Notes: a model not told the origin generated them from the sequence alone. Numbered from the stretch's first letter, positions 27,323 through 38,565 are shown. The stretch is DNA of 64,000 bases from an uncultured Rikenellaceae bacterium (GCA_964522415.1 CAZFVQ010000017.1:4723-68722), one strand, 5' to 3'. Translations and numbers: made by a program.

Positions 27323-28234
27323 ATGAAAAACAGAAGCCTGGTATCAATAGATGATTTCAATAAAGAAGAAATTCTTCAGATTCTGGACCTTGCGGGCAAA
27401 TTTGAAATTCAGCCTGTCGGAAGGCTGCTTGAAGGCAAGGTGATAGCGACTCTTTTTTTTGAGCCATCCACCAGAACCCGTTTGAGTTTTGAAAGTGCCA
27501 TAAACCGTCTTGGAGGAAAGATAGTCGGTTTTGCCGACTCGACAATCTCGAGTGTCACAAAAGGAGAGACTTTGTTTGACACAATAAAGATGGTAAACAG
27601 TTATGCTGATCTGATTGTAATCAGGCATCCGTTTGAAGGCAGTGCAAGGTATGCGAGCGAGATCGCCACGGTACCGGTGATCAATGCCGGGGATGGGGCC
27701 AACCAGCATCCGACCCAGACCCTTCTGGATCTTTATTCAATTAAGAAAACACAGGGAAGTCTTGACAATCTCAATATTTTTATGGTAGGCGATCTCAAAT
27801 ACGGGCGGACTGTTCATTCTCTTCTTATGGCAATGGCTCACTGGAACACTACATTCAACTTCATTTCACCTGAAGAATTGAGACTGCCCGATGAGTTTAA
27901 ACTTCACCTCGACAATGCAGGTCTTAAATACTATGAACATCTCGATTTCTCCGATATCATTTCCAGGGCTGATATCATTTACATGACTAGAGTCCAGAAG
28001 GAAAGATTTTCCGATCCCATAGAATATGAGAAGGTAAAAAATGTATATGTTCTCAGGAATTCCATGCTGTGGAACACAAAACCGAATCTGAGAATTCTCC
28101 ATCCCCTGCCGCGGGTCAATGAAATTCATACTGACGTCGACACCAATCCTAAAGCTTACTATTTTCAACAGGCGCTCAATGGAGTATTCACCCGACAGGC
28201 TATATTATGCACTTTACTTGATTTGAATTTTTAA
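27323..28234 (+). CDS. pyrB: Aspartate carbamoyltransferase catalytic subunit
   Basis: [40 protein letters not shown]. Confidence 0.97.
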   Translation: MKNRSLVSIDDFNKEEILQILDLAGKFEIQPVGRLLEGKVIATLFFEPSTRTRLSFESAINRLGGKIVGFADSTISSVTKGETLFDTIKMVNSYADLIVIRHPFEGSARYASEIATVPVINAGDGANQHPTQTLLDLYSIKKTQGSLDNLNIFMVGDLKYGRTVHSLLMAMAHWNTTFNFISPEELRLPDEFKLHLDNAGLKYYEHLDFSDIISRADIIYMTRVQKERFSDPIEYEKVKNVYVLRNSMLWNTKPNLRILHPLPRVNEIHTDVDTNPKAYYFQQALNGVFTRQAILCTLLDLNF

Positions 28235-28244
28235 AGGCACAAAG

Positions 28245-28706
28245 ATGAAAGAAGGAAAACAGCAGCTTGTAGTAAGCGCCATTCAGAACGGCACAGTCAT
28301 TGATCATGTTCCCGCGAAAAGCCTTTTTAAGGTAATACAGATCCTTGGCCTCGATCATATAGATAACCAGATTACATTCGGAACAAATCTTGAAAGCAAA
28401 AAGCTCGGACGCAAAGCGATTATAAAAATATCTGGAAGATACTTCGAGGATAATGATATTAACAGGATAGCGCTTGTAGCACCTGAAGCAAAGCTTAATA
28501 TCATAAAAGACTATGCAGTTGTTGAAAAGAAGGTGGTAAAAGTTCCTGATTATATAACTGCCATTGCAAGATGCATGAACCCGAAATGCATTACAAACCT
28601 TGAAAATGTCACAACCCGTTTCCTGGTGATTTCAAAGAAAAATATTGCGCTTAAGTGCCGTTATTGTGAAAAAATAACAAGCGAGGAAAATCTGAAGATC
28701 ATCTGA
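28245..28706 (+). CDS. pyrI: Aspartate carbamoyltransferase regulatory subunit
   Basis: V.AIQNGTVIDH, Zn-binding CMNPKCI and CRYCEK. Confidence 0.96.
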   Translation: MKEGKQQLVVSAIQNGTVIDHVPAKSLFKVIQILGLDHIDNQITFGTNLESKKLGRKAIIKISGRYFEDNDINRIALVAPEAKLNIIKDYAVVEKKVVKVPDYITAIARCMNPKCITNLENVTTRFLVISKKNIALKCRYCEKITSEENLKII

Positions 28707-28735
28707 TCATGCCGCTGATCCGGCTCTGTCTTCTT

Positions 28736-29203
28736 CTAACGCAGTCTGTCATATGATCTGACAAGGTCGTCATCCTTTTTTATTCTCCTGTAAGCCAGAA
28801 TGACAAGAAAAATATTGACAAATGGAATGAATATCCCGTATTGCAGACTCTGTTGCAGGAGATTCTGCCTGGCAAACAGGATTCCGTTATAAACTGCAAG
28901 GACGGTAAGTAAAAAAATAATAAACAAAAGGATCAGTAAGATCTTCATCTGGAGCTTTCTGTTTTTATACAAAAAAACAGAAAGCAGCGAAACAAAAGGA
29001 ACTGATACGGACAATACAAACAGAACCGGGGTATTCCTTTCAACAGAAAAATTACCTTCCGGCGCAAGCTGAGATATTCCCCTGACATTCATCAGGTATT
29101 CCTTTTCATTATCGCCGGTGAATTTAAATAAATGTCCTGCAAGGAATAAGCCTGCAAAAACAGTTGTCAATATCAGAAAAACCGATTGAATACGCTGGAT
29201 CAT
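28736..29203 (-). CDS. DUF4293-family membrane protein
   Basis: MIQRIQSVFL start and LAYRRIKKDDDLVRSYDRLR end, which I recognise as this Bacteroidetes family; four TM segments. Confidence 0.85.
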   Translation of the reverse strand: MIQRIQSVFLILTTVFAGLFLAGHLFKFTGDNEKEYLMNVRGISQLAPEGNFSVERNTPVLFVLSVSVPFVSLLSVFLYKNRKLQMKILLILLFIIFLLTVLAVYNGILFARQNLLQQSLQYGIFIPFVNIFLVILAYRRIKKDDDLVRSYDRLR

Positions 29204-29611
29204 GTTTCAAAATATTGATGAAGGGTAAAAATAATTTGTTTTATTTAAAAAACGACTTGTTCCCGAAAGAAAATAAGCACATAATTGCTATCTGCTTTTT
29301 ATGAATATTTAACAATATTAACATGTTAAGAATTAATAATAAAATGACAAAATATCTACCTTTGTCAGTCCTTTTTTGTTTTAAGGATTTGATTTTATGA
29401 TTCATTTATCTTACTTGCTAAGGACAAGAGGGTGTATGTGCAAGCCTTTGAACTATTAGTGATTAAATATGTTTAAAAAGAGAATTTAATGAACTTGTCA
29501 GCAGGTAATACATAGGAACAGCAGGATTTTTACACTGCTCTTAACAAGCATACCAGCCTGACAATAAAGATTACAGCAAGGACTTACTATAAATTGGCAT
29601 AATTATCTTTT

Positions 29612-30706
29612 ATGAACAAACGGTTTAAATTAATAATAACTATCGTACTGATTCTGTTGGGTACCTTTGTTATTCTGTATCCCAAACTAAAGCCTGTTTT
29701 CGCAGCAAGGCAGAGTTCCCCTGAATCTGGTAATCCGGGTGGCCCCGGAACGGGACCGGCTCGTAATCTCCTTAACGTGAGTGGTTTTATTATTTCTCCC
29801 ACAACCATGGACGAGTTGATTAACAGTATCGGAACCTTAAGGCCGGACGAAGAGGTCGATTTGGCATTTGAAACATCAGGAAAAATTGTCGGACTACATT
29901 TCAATGAAGGCAGCAGGGTTAAAAAGGGAGATCTTCTGGCCGAAATAAATGACAAGCCTCTTCAGGCGCAGCTGCAGAAACTGCAGGCCCAGATCAAACT
30001 TGTTGAGGAAAAAGAATTCCGTCAGCGCAGTCTGCTTGACAAGGACGCGATAAGTCAGGAAAGCTATGATCAGATCGTCACTGAACTTCAGAGTGTTCAG
30101 GCGGATATCAACCTCATCCTTGCAAGGATTGCTGAAACAGAATTACGTGCACCTTTCGACGGAATTATTGGCCTGAGATATCTCAGTGAAGGAAGTTATG
30201 CAACTCCCTCCACAAAAATTGCCCGGCTTATTAAAATGAGTCCTATCAAACTGGAATTTTCAATTCCCGAGAGATATGCCGATGATGTCAAAATCGGTTT
30301 CCCGGTCGTGTTTTCGGTTGATAATAAAAACTATGATGCACGTGTTTATGCAGTTGATCCAAAGATTGACCTTGTTACAAGAACCATAGTTCTAAGAGCC
30401 CTGTATCCCAACTCCAGGGAAGAGCTTAAATCAGGAAGATATGCTCAGGTAACGCTGAAACTGAACCAGATAGAGAATGCTATATCCATTCCAAGTGAAG
30501 CCCTGATACCGGAAATGGAAGGTGAAATGGTTTATGTTTTCAGAAAAGACAGAGCTGAAAGCATAAAAGTCAAAACGGGATTAAGAACAGAATCCCATAT
30601 ACAGATTGCGGAAGGATTAAATTTCGGGGATACTTTGATAATCACAGGTATTCTGCAACTTCGGCAGAGCCTGCCTGTTGTATTGGACACGCTGATTTCC
30701 AATTAA
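29612..30706 (+). CDS. RND efflux periplasmic adaptor subunit
   Basis: SGKIVGLHFNEGSRVKKGDLL, APFDGIIG, YAVDPKID..TRT. Confidence 0.93.
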   Translation: MNKRFKLIITIVLILLGTFVILYPKLKPVFAARQSSPESGNPGGPGTGPARNLLNVSGFIISPTTMDELINSIGTLRPDEEVDLAFETSGKIVGLHFNEGSRVKKGDLLAEINDKPLQAQLQKLQAQIKLVEEKEFRQRSLLDKDAISQESYDQIVTELQSVQADINLILARIAETELRAPFDGIIGLRYLSEGSYATPSTKIARLIKMSPIKLEFSIPERYADDVKIGFPVVFSVDNKNYDARVYAVDPKIDLVTRTIVLRALYPNSREELKSGRYAQVTLKLNQIENAISIPSEALIPEMEGEMVYVFRKDRAESIKVKTGLRTESHIQIAEGLNFGDTLIITGILQLRQSLPVVLDTLISN

Positions 30707-30723
30707 TTACTTAAAATCAAACC

Positions 30724-33700
30724 ATGAGCTTATCATCAGTCAGCATAGAAAGACCGGTTCTCACATCAGTGTTCGCAATTGTCATTCTGCTTTTCGGAAT
30801 AGTAGGCTTTACATTTCTGGGTGTAAGGGAATTCCCGAGTGTTGATCCTGCCATTATCACTGTTATGACATCATATCCGGGTGCCAATTCTGATGTTATT
30901 GAGACACAGATAACGGAACCGCTTGAGCAGAATATCAACGGTATTCCGGGAGTCAGATCCCTGACAAGCGTCAGCAGTCAGGGATCAAGCAGGATCACCG
31001 TTGAGTTTGAACTTTCCGTCGACCTGGAGACTGCAGCTAATGATGTCAGGGATAAAGTATCACAGGCAATGAGACTTCTGCCACGTGACTGTGATCCGCC
31101 CACTGTGTCAAAAGCTGATGCGGATGCCAATCCCATCCTTTTCCTGACAGTTGAAAGCAGTAAACGGTCATTGCTTCAGCTTTCTGAAATTGCTGAACTG
31201 ACACTGAAGGAACAACTTCAGACAATTTCCGGCGTAAGTGCCGTAAGTATTTTCGGTCAGAAAAGATATGCAATGAGACTGTGGATCGATCCTGCCAAGC
31301 TTGCAGGATACGGATTGACGCCCATGGATGTAAGGAACACCATCAACAGGGAAAATGTGGAACTTCCCTCCGGAAGCATTGAAGGAACCAACACCCAGCT
31401 TTCTATCCGGACCATGGGCCTGATGACCACCCCTCAGGAATTTAATGATTTAATACTCAAGCAATCAGGAGATAACATAGTAAGATTCAGAGATGTTGGA
31501 AGGGCGGAACTTGGTCCGGAAGATATCAGGGGGATTTTAAAAAGAGACGGAGTCCCGATGGTTCAGATCGCCATGATACCACAACCCGGCTCCAATCACA
31601 TTGACATAGTGGACGAGGTTTACACGAGGCTTGAGTACATACAGAAAGATCTGCCGGATGATGTTAAAGTCAATGTAAATTATGACAACACTGAATACAT
31701 ACGGTCCTCAATAAAAGAAGTCCAGCATACCATATACATAGCCTTCTTTCTTGTTGTGATTATCATTTATGTCTTCCTCCGCAACTGGAAGGCAACCCTT
31801 ATACCCATACTTGTCATTCCCATTTCACTTGTAGGTTCATTCTTTATAATGTACCTGGCAGGCTTTACCATAAATGTACTTACCCTGCTTGCACTTGTAC
31901 TTGCCATTGGCATTGTCGTTGATGATGCAATTATTGTAATGGAAAACATTTTTGTCAAGGTCGAATCGGGTATGGAACCTGTTGAAGCCGGACTGAAGGG
32001 ATCCCAGGAGATTTTTTTCGCCATCATAGCAACTACGATTACGCTTATCTCTGTTTTTTTCCCGATAGTTTTTCTTGAGGGAATCACAGGCCGTCTTTTC
32101 AGGGAATTCAGTGTTGTAATGGCAGGAACTGTTGCAATATCTGCATTTCTGGCACTTACACTTACCCCCATGATTTCAACCAAGTTGCTAAGGCGCGAAA
32201 AGAAACCAAGCTGGTTCTACAGGAAAACCGAACGTATGTTCGAGGGCCTGAACAAAGTCTACCAGAATGGTCTTGACTCCTTTCTCAAACGCAGGCAATA
32301 TGCTATTGTAATACTTGTTGCAGCCCTTGGGATCATAGTACTGCTCTGGCTGACGCTGCCTGCGGAAATGGCCCCTCTTGAGGACAGGTCTCAGATTACT
32401 GTAAACATGTCGGCAACCGAGGGTGCTACATATGAATTTCTGCTTGCATATGCGGATGATGTTGCTCAGCTTGTTGAAGAAGAAGTACCGGAAAGACTAA
32501 GCTATACCTCAATGGTCAGGGGTGGCAGTTTTGGCAATCTCAGGATAATGCTTGAGAAACCAAATGACAGGGAACGGACCCAGCAGCAAATAGCCGAAGA
32601 TCTGGCGGCAGAGCTGAGGAAAAAGACCAGGGCAAGATCATTTGTCATACAGCAGTCCACATTCGGATCAAGGCGTTCGGGGCAGCCGGTTCAATATGTT
32701 CTTCAGGCCACATCAATTGATAAACTGAGGGAAATCCTTCCTGAATTCATGGCAAAAGTAATGGACAGTGATATTCTTGAAATGGCTGATGTCAATCTCA
32801 AATTCACAAAACCCGAACTCAGAATCCATATCGACCGCGAAAAAGCCACTAATCTCGGAGTGTCGACCCAGAACATAGGGCAGACACTGCAGCTGGCTCT
32901 AAGTGGTCAGCGTTTCGGATATTTCTTCATGAACGGAAAACAATACCAGATACTTGGTGAACTTGCCCGGGAGGACAGAAACAAACCTCTTGATCTGAAA
33001 TCATTGTACGTAAGAACCGATAATCAGGAGATGATCCAGTTTGATAATCTTGTAAGTTTGTCTGAAGAAACAGCACCTCCGCAGCTGTACCGTTATAACA
33101 GGTTTGTTGCAGCCACAGTTTCCTCAGGACTAACAAAAGGCAGGACAATAAGCGAAGGCCTTGCTGAAATGGACAGGATAGCCGCTGAAGTTCTTGATGA
33201 TTCATTCCGGACCGCACTTGCAGGAGACTCAAAAGACTTCAGGGAGAGTTCATCAAGTCTTATGTTTGCATTTTCACTTGCACTGATACTTATCTTTCTT
33301 GTGCTGGCCGCACAATTCGAGAGCTTCAAGGATCCTATTATCGTTATGGGTACTGTGCCGCTCGCCCTTTTCGGCGCTTTGCTGTTTATGTGGTATTTTA
33401 ACATAACCATGAATATATTCAGCCAGATAGGAATTATAATGCTGATAGGACTGGTTTCAAAGAATGGAATTCTTATTGTAGAATTTGCCAACCAGAGAAA
33501 AAGAGCGGGAATGAAAAAACAGGAAGCAATCAGATATGCTGCAGCCGCAAGATTCAGGCCAATCCTTATGACCAGTCTGGCAACAATTTTTGGGATTGCC
33601 CCGCTTGCCCTCGGACTCGGAGAGGGAGCTCAAAGCCGTGTTGCAATGGGGATCGCCGTTGTCGGCGGAATGATCTTCGCAACATTCCTTACACTTTTTG

Positions 33701-33801
33701 TGGTTCCGGCCATATATACCTATATCTCAAGTGAAATAGCTGTCACTGCCGATACAGGCAAAACTGAAATTAAAACTGAAATTAATGAAACGACCATATA
33801 A
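30724..33801 (+). CDS. RND efflux permease (AcrB/HAE family)
   Basis: 1025 aa; GIVVDDAIIVMEN, KNGILIVEFA, RFRPILMT; 12-TM RND layout. Confidence 0.95.
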   Translation: MSLSSVSIERPVLTSVFAIVILLFGIVGFTFLGVREFPSVDPAIITVMTSYPGANSDVIETQITEPLEQNINGIPGVRSLTSVSSQGSSRITVEFELSVDLETAANDVRDKVSQAMRLLPRDCDPPTVSKADADANPILFLTVESSKRSLLQLSEIAELTLKEQLQTISGVSAVSIFGQKRYAMRLWIDPAKLAGYGLTPMDVRNTINRENVELPSGSIEGTNTQLSIRTMGLMTTPQEFNDLILKQSGDNIVRFRDVGRAELGPEDIRGILKRDGVPMVQIAMIPQPGSNHIDIVDEVYTRLEYIQKDLPDDVKVNVNYDNTEYIRSSIKEVQHTIYIAFFLVVIIIYVFLRNWKATLIPILVIPISLVGSFFIMYLAGFTINVLTLLALVLAIGIVVDDAIIVMENIFVKVESGMEPVEAGLKGSQEIFFAIIATTITLISVFFPIVFLEGITGRLFREFSVVMAGTVAISAFLALTLTPMISTKLLRREKKPSWFYRKTERMFEGLNKVYQNGLDSFLKRRQYAIVILVAALGIIVLLWLTLPAEMAPLEDRSQITVNMSATEGATYEFLLAYADDVAQLVEEEVPERLSYTSMVRGGSFGNLRIMLEKPNDRERTQQQIAEDLAAELRKKTRARSFVIQQSTFGSRRSGQPVQYVLQATSIDKLREILPEFMAKVMDSDILEMADVNLKFTKPELRIHIDREKATNLGVSTQNIGQTLQLALSGQRFGYFFMNGKQYQILGELAREDRNKPLDLKSLYVRTDNQEMIQFDNLVSLSEETAPPQLYRYNRFVAATVSSGLTKGRTISEGLAEMDRIAAEVLDDSFRTALAGDSKDFRESSSSLMFAFSLALILIFLVLAAQFESFKDPIIVMGTVPLALFGALLFMWYFNITMNIFSQIGIIMLIGLVSKNGILIVEFANQRKRAGMKKQEAIRYAAAARFRPILMTSLATIFGIAPLALGLGEGAQSRVAMGIAVVGGMIFATFLTLFVVPAIYTYISSEIAVTADTGKTEIKTEINETTI

Positions 33802-33840
33802 AGAATTTACCCACACGGGCATGACTTTAGATTCATGGGA

Positions 33841-33906
33841 GTTCCCCGGCAAACAGGGACAGGCTCCCCGTTTAACCGGGGCTGGTTCCCGATAAACCGG
33901 GGCAAG
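33841..33906. repeat. Three tandem 22-bp REP-like mini-palindromes between the RND permease and TolC genes
   Basis: GTTCCCCGGCAAACAGGGACAG / GCTCCCCGTTTAACCGGGGCTG / GTTCCCGATAAACCGGGGCAAG; each is a CCCC...GGGG hairpin. Confidence 0.65.
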
Positions 33907-33937
33907 TATCCTACCATTAAAATTAAATTATAGACAA

Positions 33938-35260
33938 ATGAGAAGGAAGGTCTTACTGGTTAGTCTGCTGATTCTTTGCAAGACAGTATCTCTTTACCCC
34001 CAAAAAATCTATTCGCTTAATACCTGTATCTATACGGGCCTGGAAAGGAACTATTCACTTCTGATCAGCAGAAACACTGAATCCATTGCAAAAAACAACT
34101 TCAGTCCCGGTAATGCCGGCTTCCTGCCTACCCTTGATCTGAGCGGGAGACACAGCGGAACCTATAATGATGTGACACAGAATCTCAGGGACGGGACACA
34201 AAGTGTTTCACGGGATGTATTCAATACAACTTCATCCGCGGGGCTTACTCTGGGAATGACAATCTTCAGTGGGTTCAGCGTACAGACCTCTTACAAAAAG
34301 CTGAATGAACTTCAGCAGATAGGGGAACTTAATACCCAGCTGGCAGTTGAAAATCTTGTCGCCGATATCATTTCAGGGTATTATACATACATTCAGCAAT
34401 TGCAACTTATGAACACCCTTCAGTACGCTGTTACACTTTCCAGGGAACGCCTCAGAATTGATGAGGACCGTTATCTTCTTGGTTCGAGTTCAAAACTCCA
34501 GGTATTGCAGTCAAGGGTTTATTTAAACGCCGACAGTTCAAGACTTTCACGCCAGACGGAGGTTGTCAGGGCAGCCCAGATAAGACTTAATGAAATGATG
34601 GCTGTACCGGATCCGGGAGAACATTTTTCAACAAGTGATACTTCTATCTCCATCAATTCGGATCTGATCTATGAGAATTTGCTGGATGATACAATGATAA
34701 AAAATACCAGTCTTCAGATTGCCTCAAAGGACAGGATCGTTTCCGAATATGATTACAAACTTGCAAGCTCCCGTTCATATCCCTATCTGAATATGACTTC
34801 GGGCTATTCATATAATTTCAACAGCTATTCAACGGGTACGTCATCGAACCAGGCAATCAGCGGCATGAATTACGGACTGACACTGGGAATGAATTTATTC
34901 GATGGTTTCAACCAGCGGAGAAGTATCCGAAACTCTCTTATTGAGATAGAGAACAAAGATCTCAGATACCAGGATCTCGAGCAGGGAATCAGAGCCGACC
35001 TCCTGACTATGTACAGTGCCTACAGCAATTATCTCAGGCTGGTCAAACTTGAAGAACAGAATCTTCAGACAGCCTCCGAAAATCTTTCAATAGCCATGGA
35101 GAGATATAAACTGGGCAGCCTTTCCGGACTGGATCTGAGAGAAGTGCAGAAAAGCCTGCTTGACGCCAGGGAAAGTCTTCTTGCAGTACAGTATCAGACC
35201 AAAATAGCTGAAATTTCACTTTTACTGATTTCAGGCAGAATTATGGATTACTACCAGTAA
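33938..35260 (+). CDS. TolC-family outer-membrane efflux channel
   Basis: Signal peptide, two OEP repeats (FLPTLDLS...; YPYLNMT...NLFDGF; ERYKLGSLSGLDL). Confidence 0.92.
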   Translation: MRRKVLLVSLLILCKTVSLYPQKIYSLNTCIYTGLERNYSLLISRNTESIAKNNFSPGNAGFLPTLDLSGRHSGTYNDVTQNLRDGTQSVSRDVFNTTSSAGLTLGMTIFSGFSVQTSYKKLNELQQIGELNTQLAVENLVADIISGYYTYIQQLQLMNTLQYAVTLSRERLRIDEDRYLLGSSSKLQVLQSRVYLNADSSRLSRQTEVVRAAQIRLNEMMAVPDPGEHFSTSDTSISINSDLIYENLLDDTMIKNTSLQIASKDRIVSEYDYKLASSRSYPYLNMTSGYSYNFNSYSTGTSSNQAISGMNYGLTLGMNLFDGFNQRRSIRNSLIEIENKDLRYQDLEQGIRADLLTMYSAYSNYLRLVKLEEQNLQTASENLSIAMERYKLGSLSGLDLREVQKSLLDARESLLAVQYQTKIAEISLLLISGRIMDYYQ

Positions 35261-35302
35261 CCATTCAGCATATTACTATATATTTGTGCATCATTTTAAT
35301 CT

Positions 35303-36166
35303 ATGCAAAACAAAACTGAACTGATCACAAATCCTGATGGCAGTATATTCCACCTTAATCTTCTGCCCGGTGATATTTCCGACAAAATAATAATTGTGGG
35401 TGATCCCGGCAGAGTTGACATGCTGGCTGAATTATTTGATGAAATAAGAGTAAAAAAGGAAAACCGCGAATTCAAAACAATAACCGGAATGTTCGCCAGC
35501 AGCGAGATCACGGTAATTTCCTCCGGTATCGGGACTGACAACATTGATATTCTGATCAACGAACTGGATGCACTGGCAAATATTGATTTAAAAACGGGTG
35601 AAGCAAAAAAAGAATCCGTATCACTTAACCTGATCAGAATAGGTACCTCGGGAGGTTTGCGGAATGATGTTCCTGCCGGTTCCTTCGTCCTTACGGAAAC
35701 AGCTGTGGGATTTGACGGCCTGCTGCATTTCTATTCGGAATTTGACTGGATACTTGACACAGTCCTGGCTGATCTTCTGGCTGAATACCTGGAATGGCCG
35801 GATACACTCCCCTACCCCTATGCCGTTAAGGCCAGTGATCAGCTTGCCGGATTTTTCAGATCCGAAAAATTCATCAGGGGCATAACAGTATCAGTACCTG
35901 GATTTTATGGTCCCCAGGGAAGAAAACTTCGTCTTGAGCCTTTTGACAGTGAAATGAACAGGAAGCTGTCGGAATTTACATTCCGCGACAAAAAGATCTG
36001 CAATTATGAGATGGAAAGCTCTGCTCTTTACGGATTATCAACCCTGCTTGGACACAAAGCTCTCACTATTTGTGCAGTTATTGGCAACAGGGCCGACGGG
36101 GAATTCATTTCAGACTACAAACCTCTGATCAGGGAACTGGCAATGAATGTGTTTCAGGTCATCTGA
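35303..36166 (+). CDS. Nucleoside (uridine-type) phosphorylase, PNP_UDP_1 family
   Basis: VGDPGRV, NREF, GIGTDNIDI, IRIGTSG, GFYGPQGR, NYEMES. Confidence 0.88.
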   Translation: MQNKTELITNPDGSIFHLNLLPGDISDKIIIVGDPGRVDMLAELFDEIRVKKENREFKTITGMFASSEITVISSGIGTDNIDILINELDALANIDLKTGEAKKESVSLNLIRIGTSGGLRNDVPAGSFVLTETAVGFDGLLHFYSEFDWILDTVLADLLAEYLEWPDTLPYPYAVKASDQLAGFFRSEKFIRGITVSVPGFYGPQGRKLRLEPFDSEMNRKLSEFTFRDKKICNYEMESSALYGLSTLLGHKALTICAVIGNRADGEFISDYKPLIRELAMNVFQVI

Positions 36167-36226
36167 TTTCCAGTTTGGAATAATTTTGAATATTCTTATG
36201 TTTGTATAAGGATATAATTTAAGAAT

Positions 36227-37219
36227 ATGGCAATGTCCACTACAGATCCTGTAAAAGAAACAGTTTCAGATGAAATAGATCTTCGGGATTTATTCAATAG
36301 AACGGGGCAAACAATATCGAGGTGGTTCAGGGCAATTGGCCGGGCTTTTTTAATATCAATCATATTCCTGATAAGAAATACGCTACCATTAATTCTAAGC
36401 ATATTAGCCGGTATTGGAATATCATTTGCCCTGAAATGGAGTACAAAACCTTTGTTTGTTTCAGAAATTACACTCCAAAGCAATGCTGCCTCCACCGCGG
36501 ATATGATTTCCAATATCAATCAGCTTTATATCCTCATCCATGAAAAGAATTACAATAGTGTAGCATCAGCATTATCAATCAGTCCTGAGGATGCTGCTTT
36601 AATAAAGAAAATCCGGGCATATTGGGTCATTGACAAAAACCGTGACGCTATTCCGGATTTTATTGATTACCGGGATTCCCATAATATTTATGATTCAGTT
36701 GATGTAAGGATGACTGACAGGTTTGTTGTTCAGGTGATAGTCAGAAAATCGGATGAAATATCAAAGATGAGGGACAGATTATTCTCATATGTTAATAATA
36801 ATCCGGTTTTCGTACAGCATAATAACTTCAGACTCAAAATGATTGACGAATTGCTAACAAGGCTTGACTATGATATTGAACAACTTGACAGTCTTCAGAA
36901 AGTGAAATATTTTGAAGAAACCAGGAATATTATACCGGAAAAAGGAGGGCAGGTGATTTTCATTCAGGATCATTCCACACAATTGGTATACAATGACATA
37001 TATGACCTGTATGGCAGAAAGCAATCTCTTGATGGACAAAAAAGCCTTCATAATCAAATACTTTCAGTCATTAATGATTTTCATCAGCCATTAAAACGTC
37101 ATAACGGAGCATTGTATTATGGCAAAATAGTTATTCCGGTCTGTTTCTTTTCGATCCTTCTTTTTCTCATAATAAAACCCAACAGAGCCAGGCTAAAGGA
37201 AGTTTTCAATAAGTATTGA
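36227..37219 (+). CDS. Wzz-like polysaccharide chain-length determinant / co-polymerase
   Basis: DEIDLRDLF N-terminus, TM segments near both ends with a periplasmic coiled region between; convergent with the polysaccharide cluster. Confidence 0.6.
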   Translation: MAMSTTDPVKETVSDEIDLRDLFNRTGQTISRWFRAIGRAFLISIIFLIRNTLPLILSILAGIGISFALKWSTKPLFVSEITLQSNAASTADMISNINQLYILIHEKNYNSVASALSISPEDAALIKKIRAYWVIDKNRDAIPDFIDYRDSHNIYDSVDVRMTDRFVVQVIVRKSDEISKMRDRLFSYVNNNPVFVQHNNFRLKMIDELLTRLDYDIEQLDSLQKVKYFEETRNIIPEKGGQVIFIQDHSTQLVYNDIYDLYGRKQSLDGQKSLHNQILSVINDFHQPLKRHNGALYYGKIVIPVCFFSILLFLIIKPNRARLKEVFNKY

Positions 37220-37230
37220 TTCAGGAATAA

Positions 37231-38544
37231 TTAATGTGGATCTGCAGTGTTCTCTCCCTGATGATCAGAAGGATGTACGGGAATTAATAATATGCAATAG
37301 AAAAGTACGAAGAACATAATTCCCCATTGTCGTACAAGTATTGATTCAAAGAGCATACTAATAACAACAATGATTAAAAAGGGGATTATTAAGTCCGGAT
37401 TCCATGTTCGCCTCCGTTTTATCAACGGGGTTAACAACATCCATAATAATATCAGAGATCCGGGAATACCAAATGCCAGCTGTGTCTCAAGGAACTGATT
37501 ATGAGAATTCAGTCTGACATCTGCTTCAACATTAAAACCCTGTTTTCTGTGCTCTTCAGAAAGCTTTTCCCGTGAATCAAGACCAACTCCGAACAGCGGT
37601 TTGCTCTTTATAAGATTAAATGTTGAATACCAGGATCTTGTACGCGGTTCTATATTAATCCAGTCAGTTTGTTCTGCTAAAATTTTATCTATCACATTCT
37701 CAGACCAGTAATTTAGCCTTTCATTGGTTCGCATTATATTGAAAATGATGAAAAAAATAAACGGGATTAGAAAAACAAAGCCAACCCGGTATAAGGTTCT
37801 TCTCACTTTTTTGAATATATAATAAATGATGACCAGGGAAATAATAATAAAACCCGCTCTGACTGCAAGGCAATAGACAAATAACAAGAAAACTGCACCC
37901 GACAGAATATACCAGTATCTTTTTATTTTAAAAAGATCCGGAGTGAACAAAATCAATGTGAAAGCCCATATTGTTTTAAAAGATATATAAGTAGGACTCT
38001 CGAATGCTGCCAGATTTGCCCAGGAAAACACGGATAAATCCATACTGTCCCAGGGCTGAAAAGCAATAATACCTTCTTCAAGCGATATATTTTCAAAAGA
38101 AACTCTCAGGAACTGATAAATGGCAATCAGAAAAATGCCAGCGATATAGAATAAAAATGGCATTCTTATTCTTTTCATAAAATGATCGGATGTCAGAATG
38201 GGGAATACCATAACAGGCACCAGAATAAACATTAGTTTTTCAACAACATTACTTAGATTAAAATTAAAAATCAATGCAAACGCATGGATCAGGAAATACA
38301 GAATTAATGGGATAACTATTAGAATTTCAGATCTGAAGCGTTTTAAATAGTAATCAAAGTCTGTTATCCAGCAGATAAGTCCGAAAAAAATCGTTAATGC
38401 CAGCGGGTACAGGGACCAGTTTCTGGGGAACGGCATTAGGAAAAGAGTAAAACAGAGAGTATAAATCCCATAAAGTATCCATCTTTCTTTTAACAGAAAA
38501 CTTCCCCGTGTCAGATTCAAATTGCTTTTCATTATGGATTTCAT
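37231..38544 (-). CDS. O-antigen ligase / Wzy_C-family membrane protein
   Basis: About 12 TM segments; periplasmic loop R...W...KPLFGVG and SHNQFLE motif. Confidence 0.8.
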   Translation of the reverse strand: MKSIMKSNLNLTRGSFLLKERWILYGIYTLCFTLFLMPFPRNWSLYPLALTIFFGLICWITDFDYYLKRFRSEILIVIPLILYFLIHAFALIFNFNLSNVVEKLMFILVPVMVFPILTSDHFMKRIRMPFLFYIAGIFLIAIYQFLRVSFENISLEEGIIAFQPWDSMDLSVFSWANLAAFESPTYISFKTIWAFTLILFTPDLFKIKRYWYILSGAVFLLFVYCLAVRAGFIIISLVIIYYIFKKVRRTLYRVGFVFLIPFIFFIIFNIMRTNERLNYWSENVIDKILAEQTDWINIEPRTRSWYSTFNLIKSKPLFGVGLDSREKLSEEHRKQGFNVEADVRLNSHNQFLETQLAFGIPGSLILLWMLLTPLIKRRRTWNPDLIIPFLIIVVISMLFESILVRQWGIMFFVLFYCILLIPVHPSDHQGENTADPH

Positions 38545-38565
38545 GAAACAAGTAAATAAAGTATT

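Noticed and set aside
33837-33906. Possible CRISPR array (resemblance to the type I-E repeat)
   Set aside because: The units abut with no unique spacers, are degenerate, and there are no cas genes in the window.
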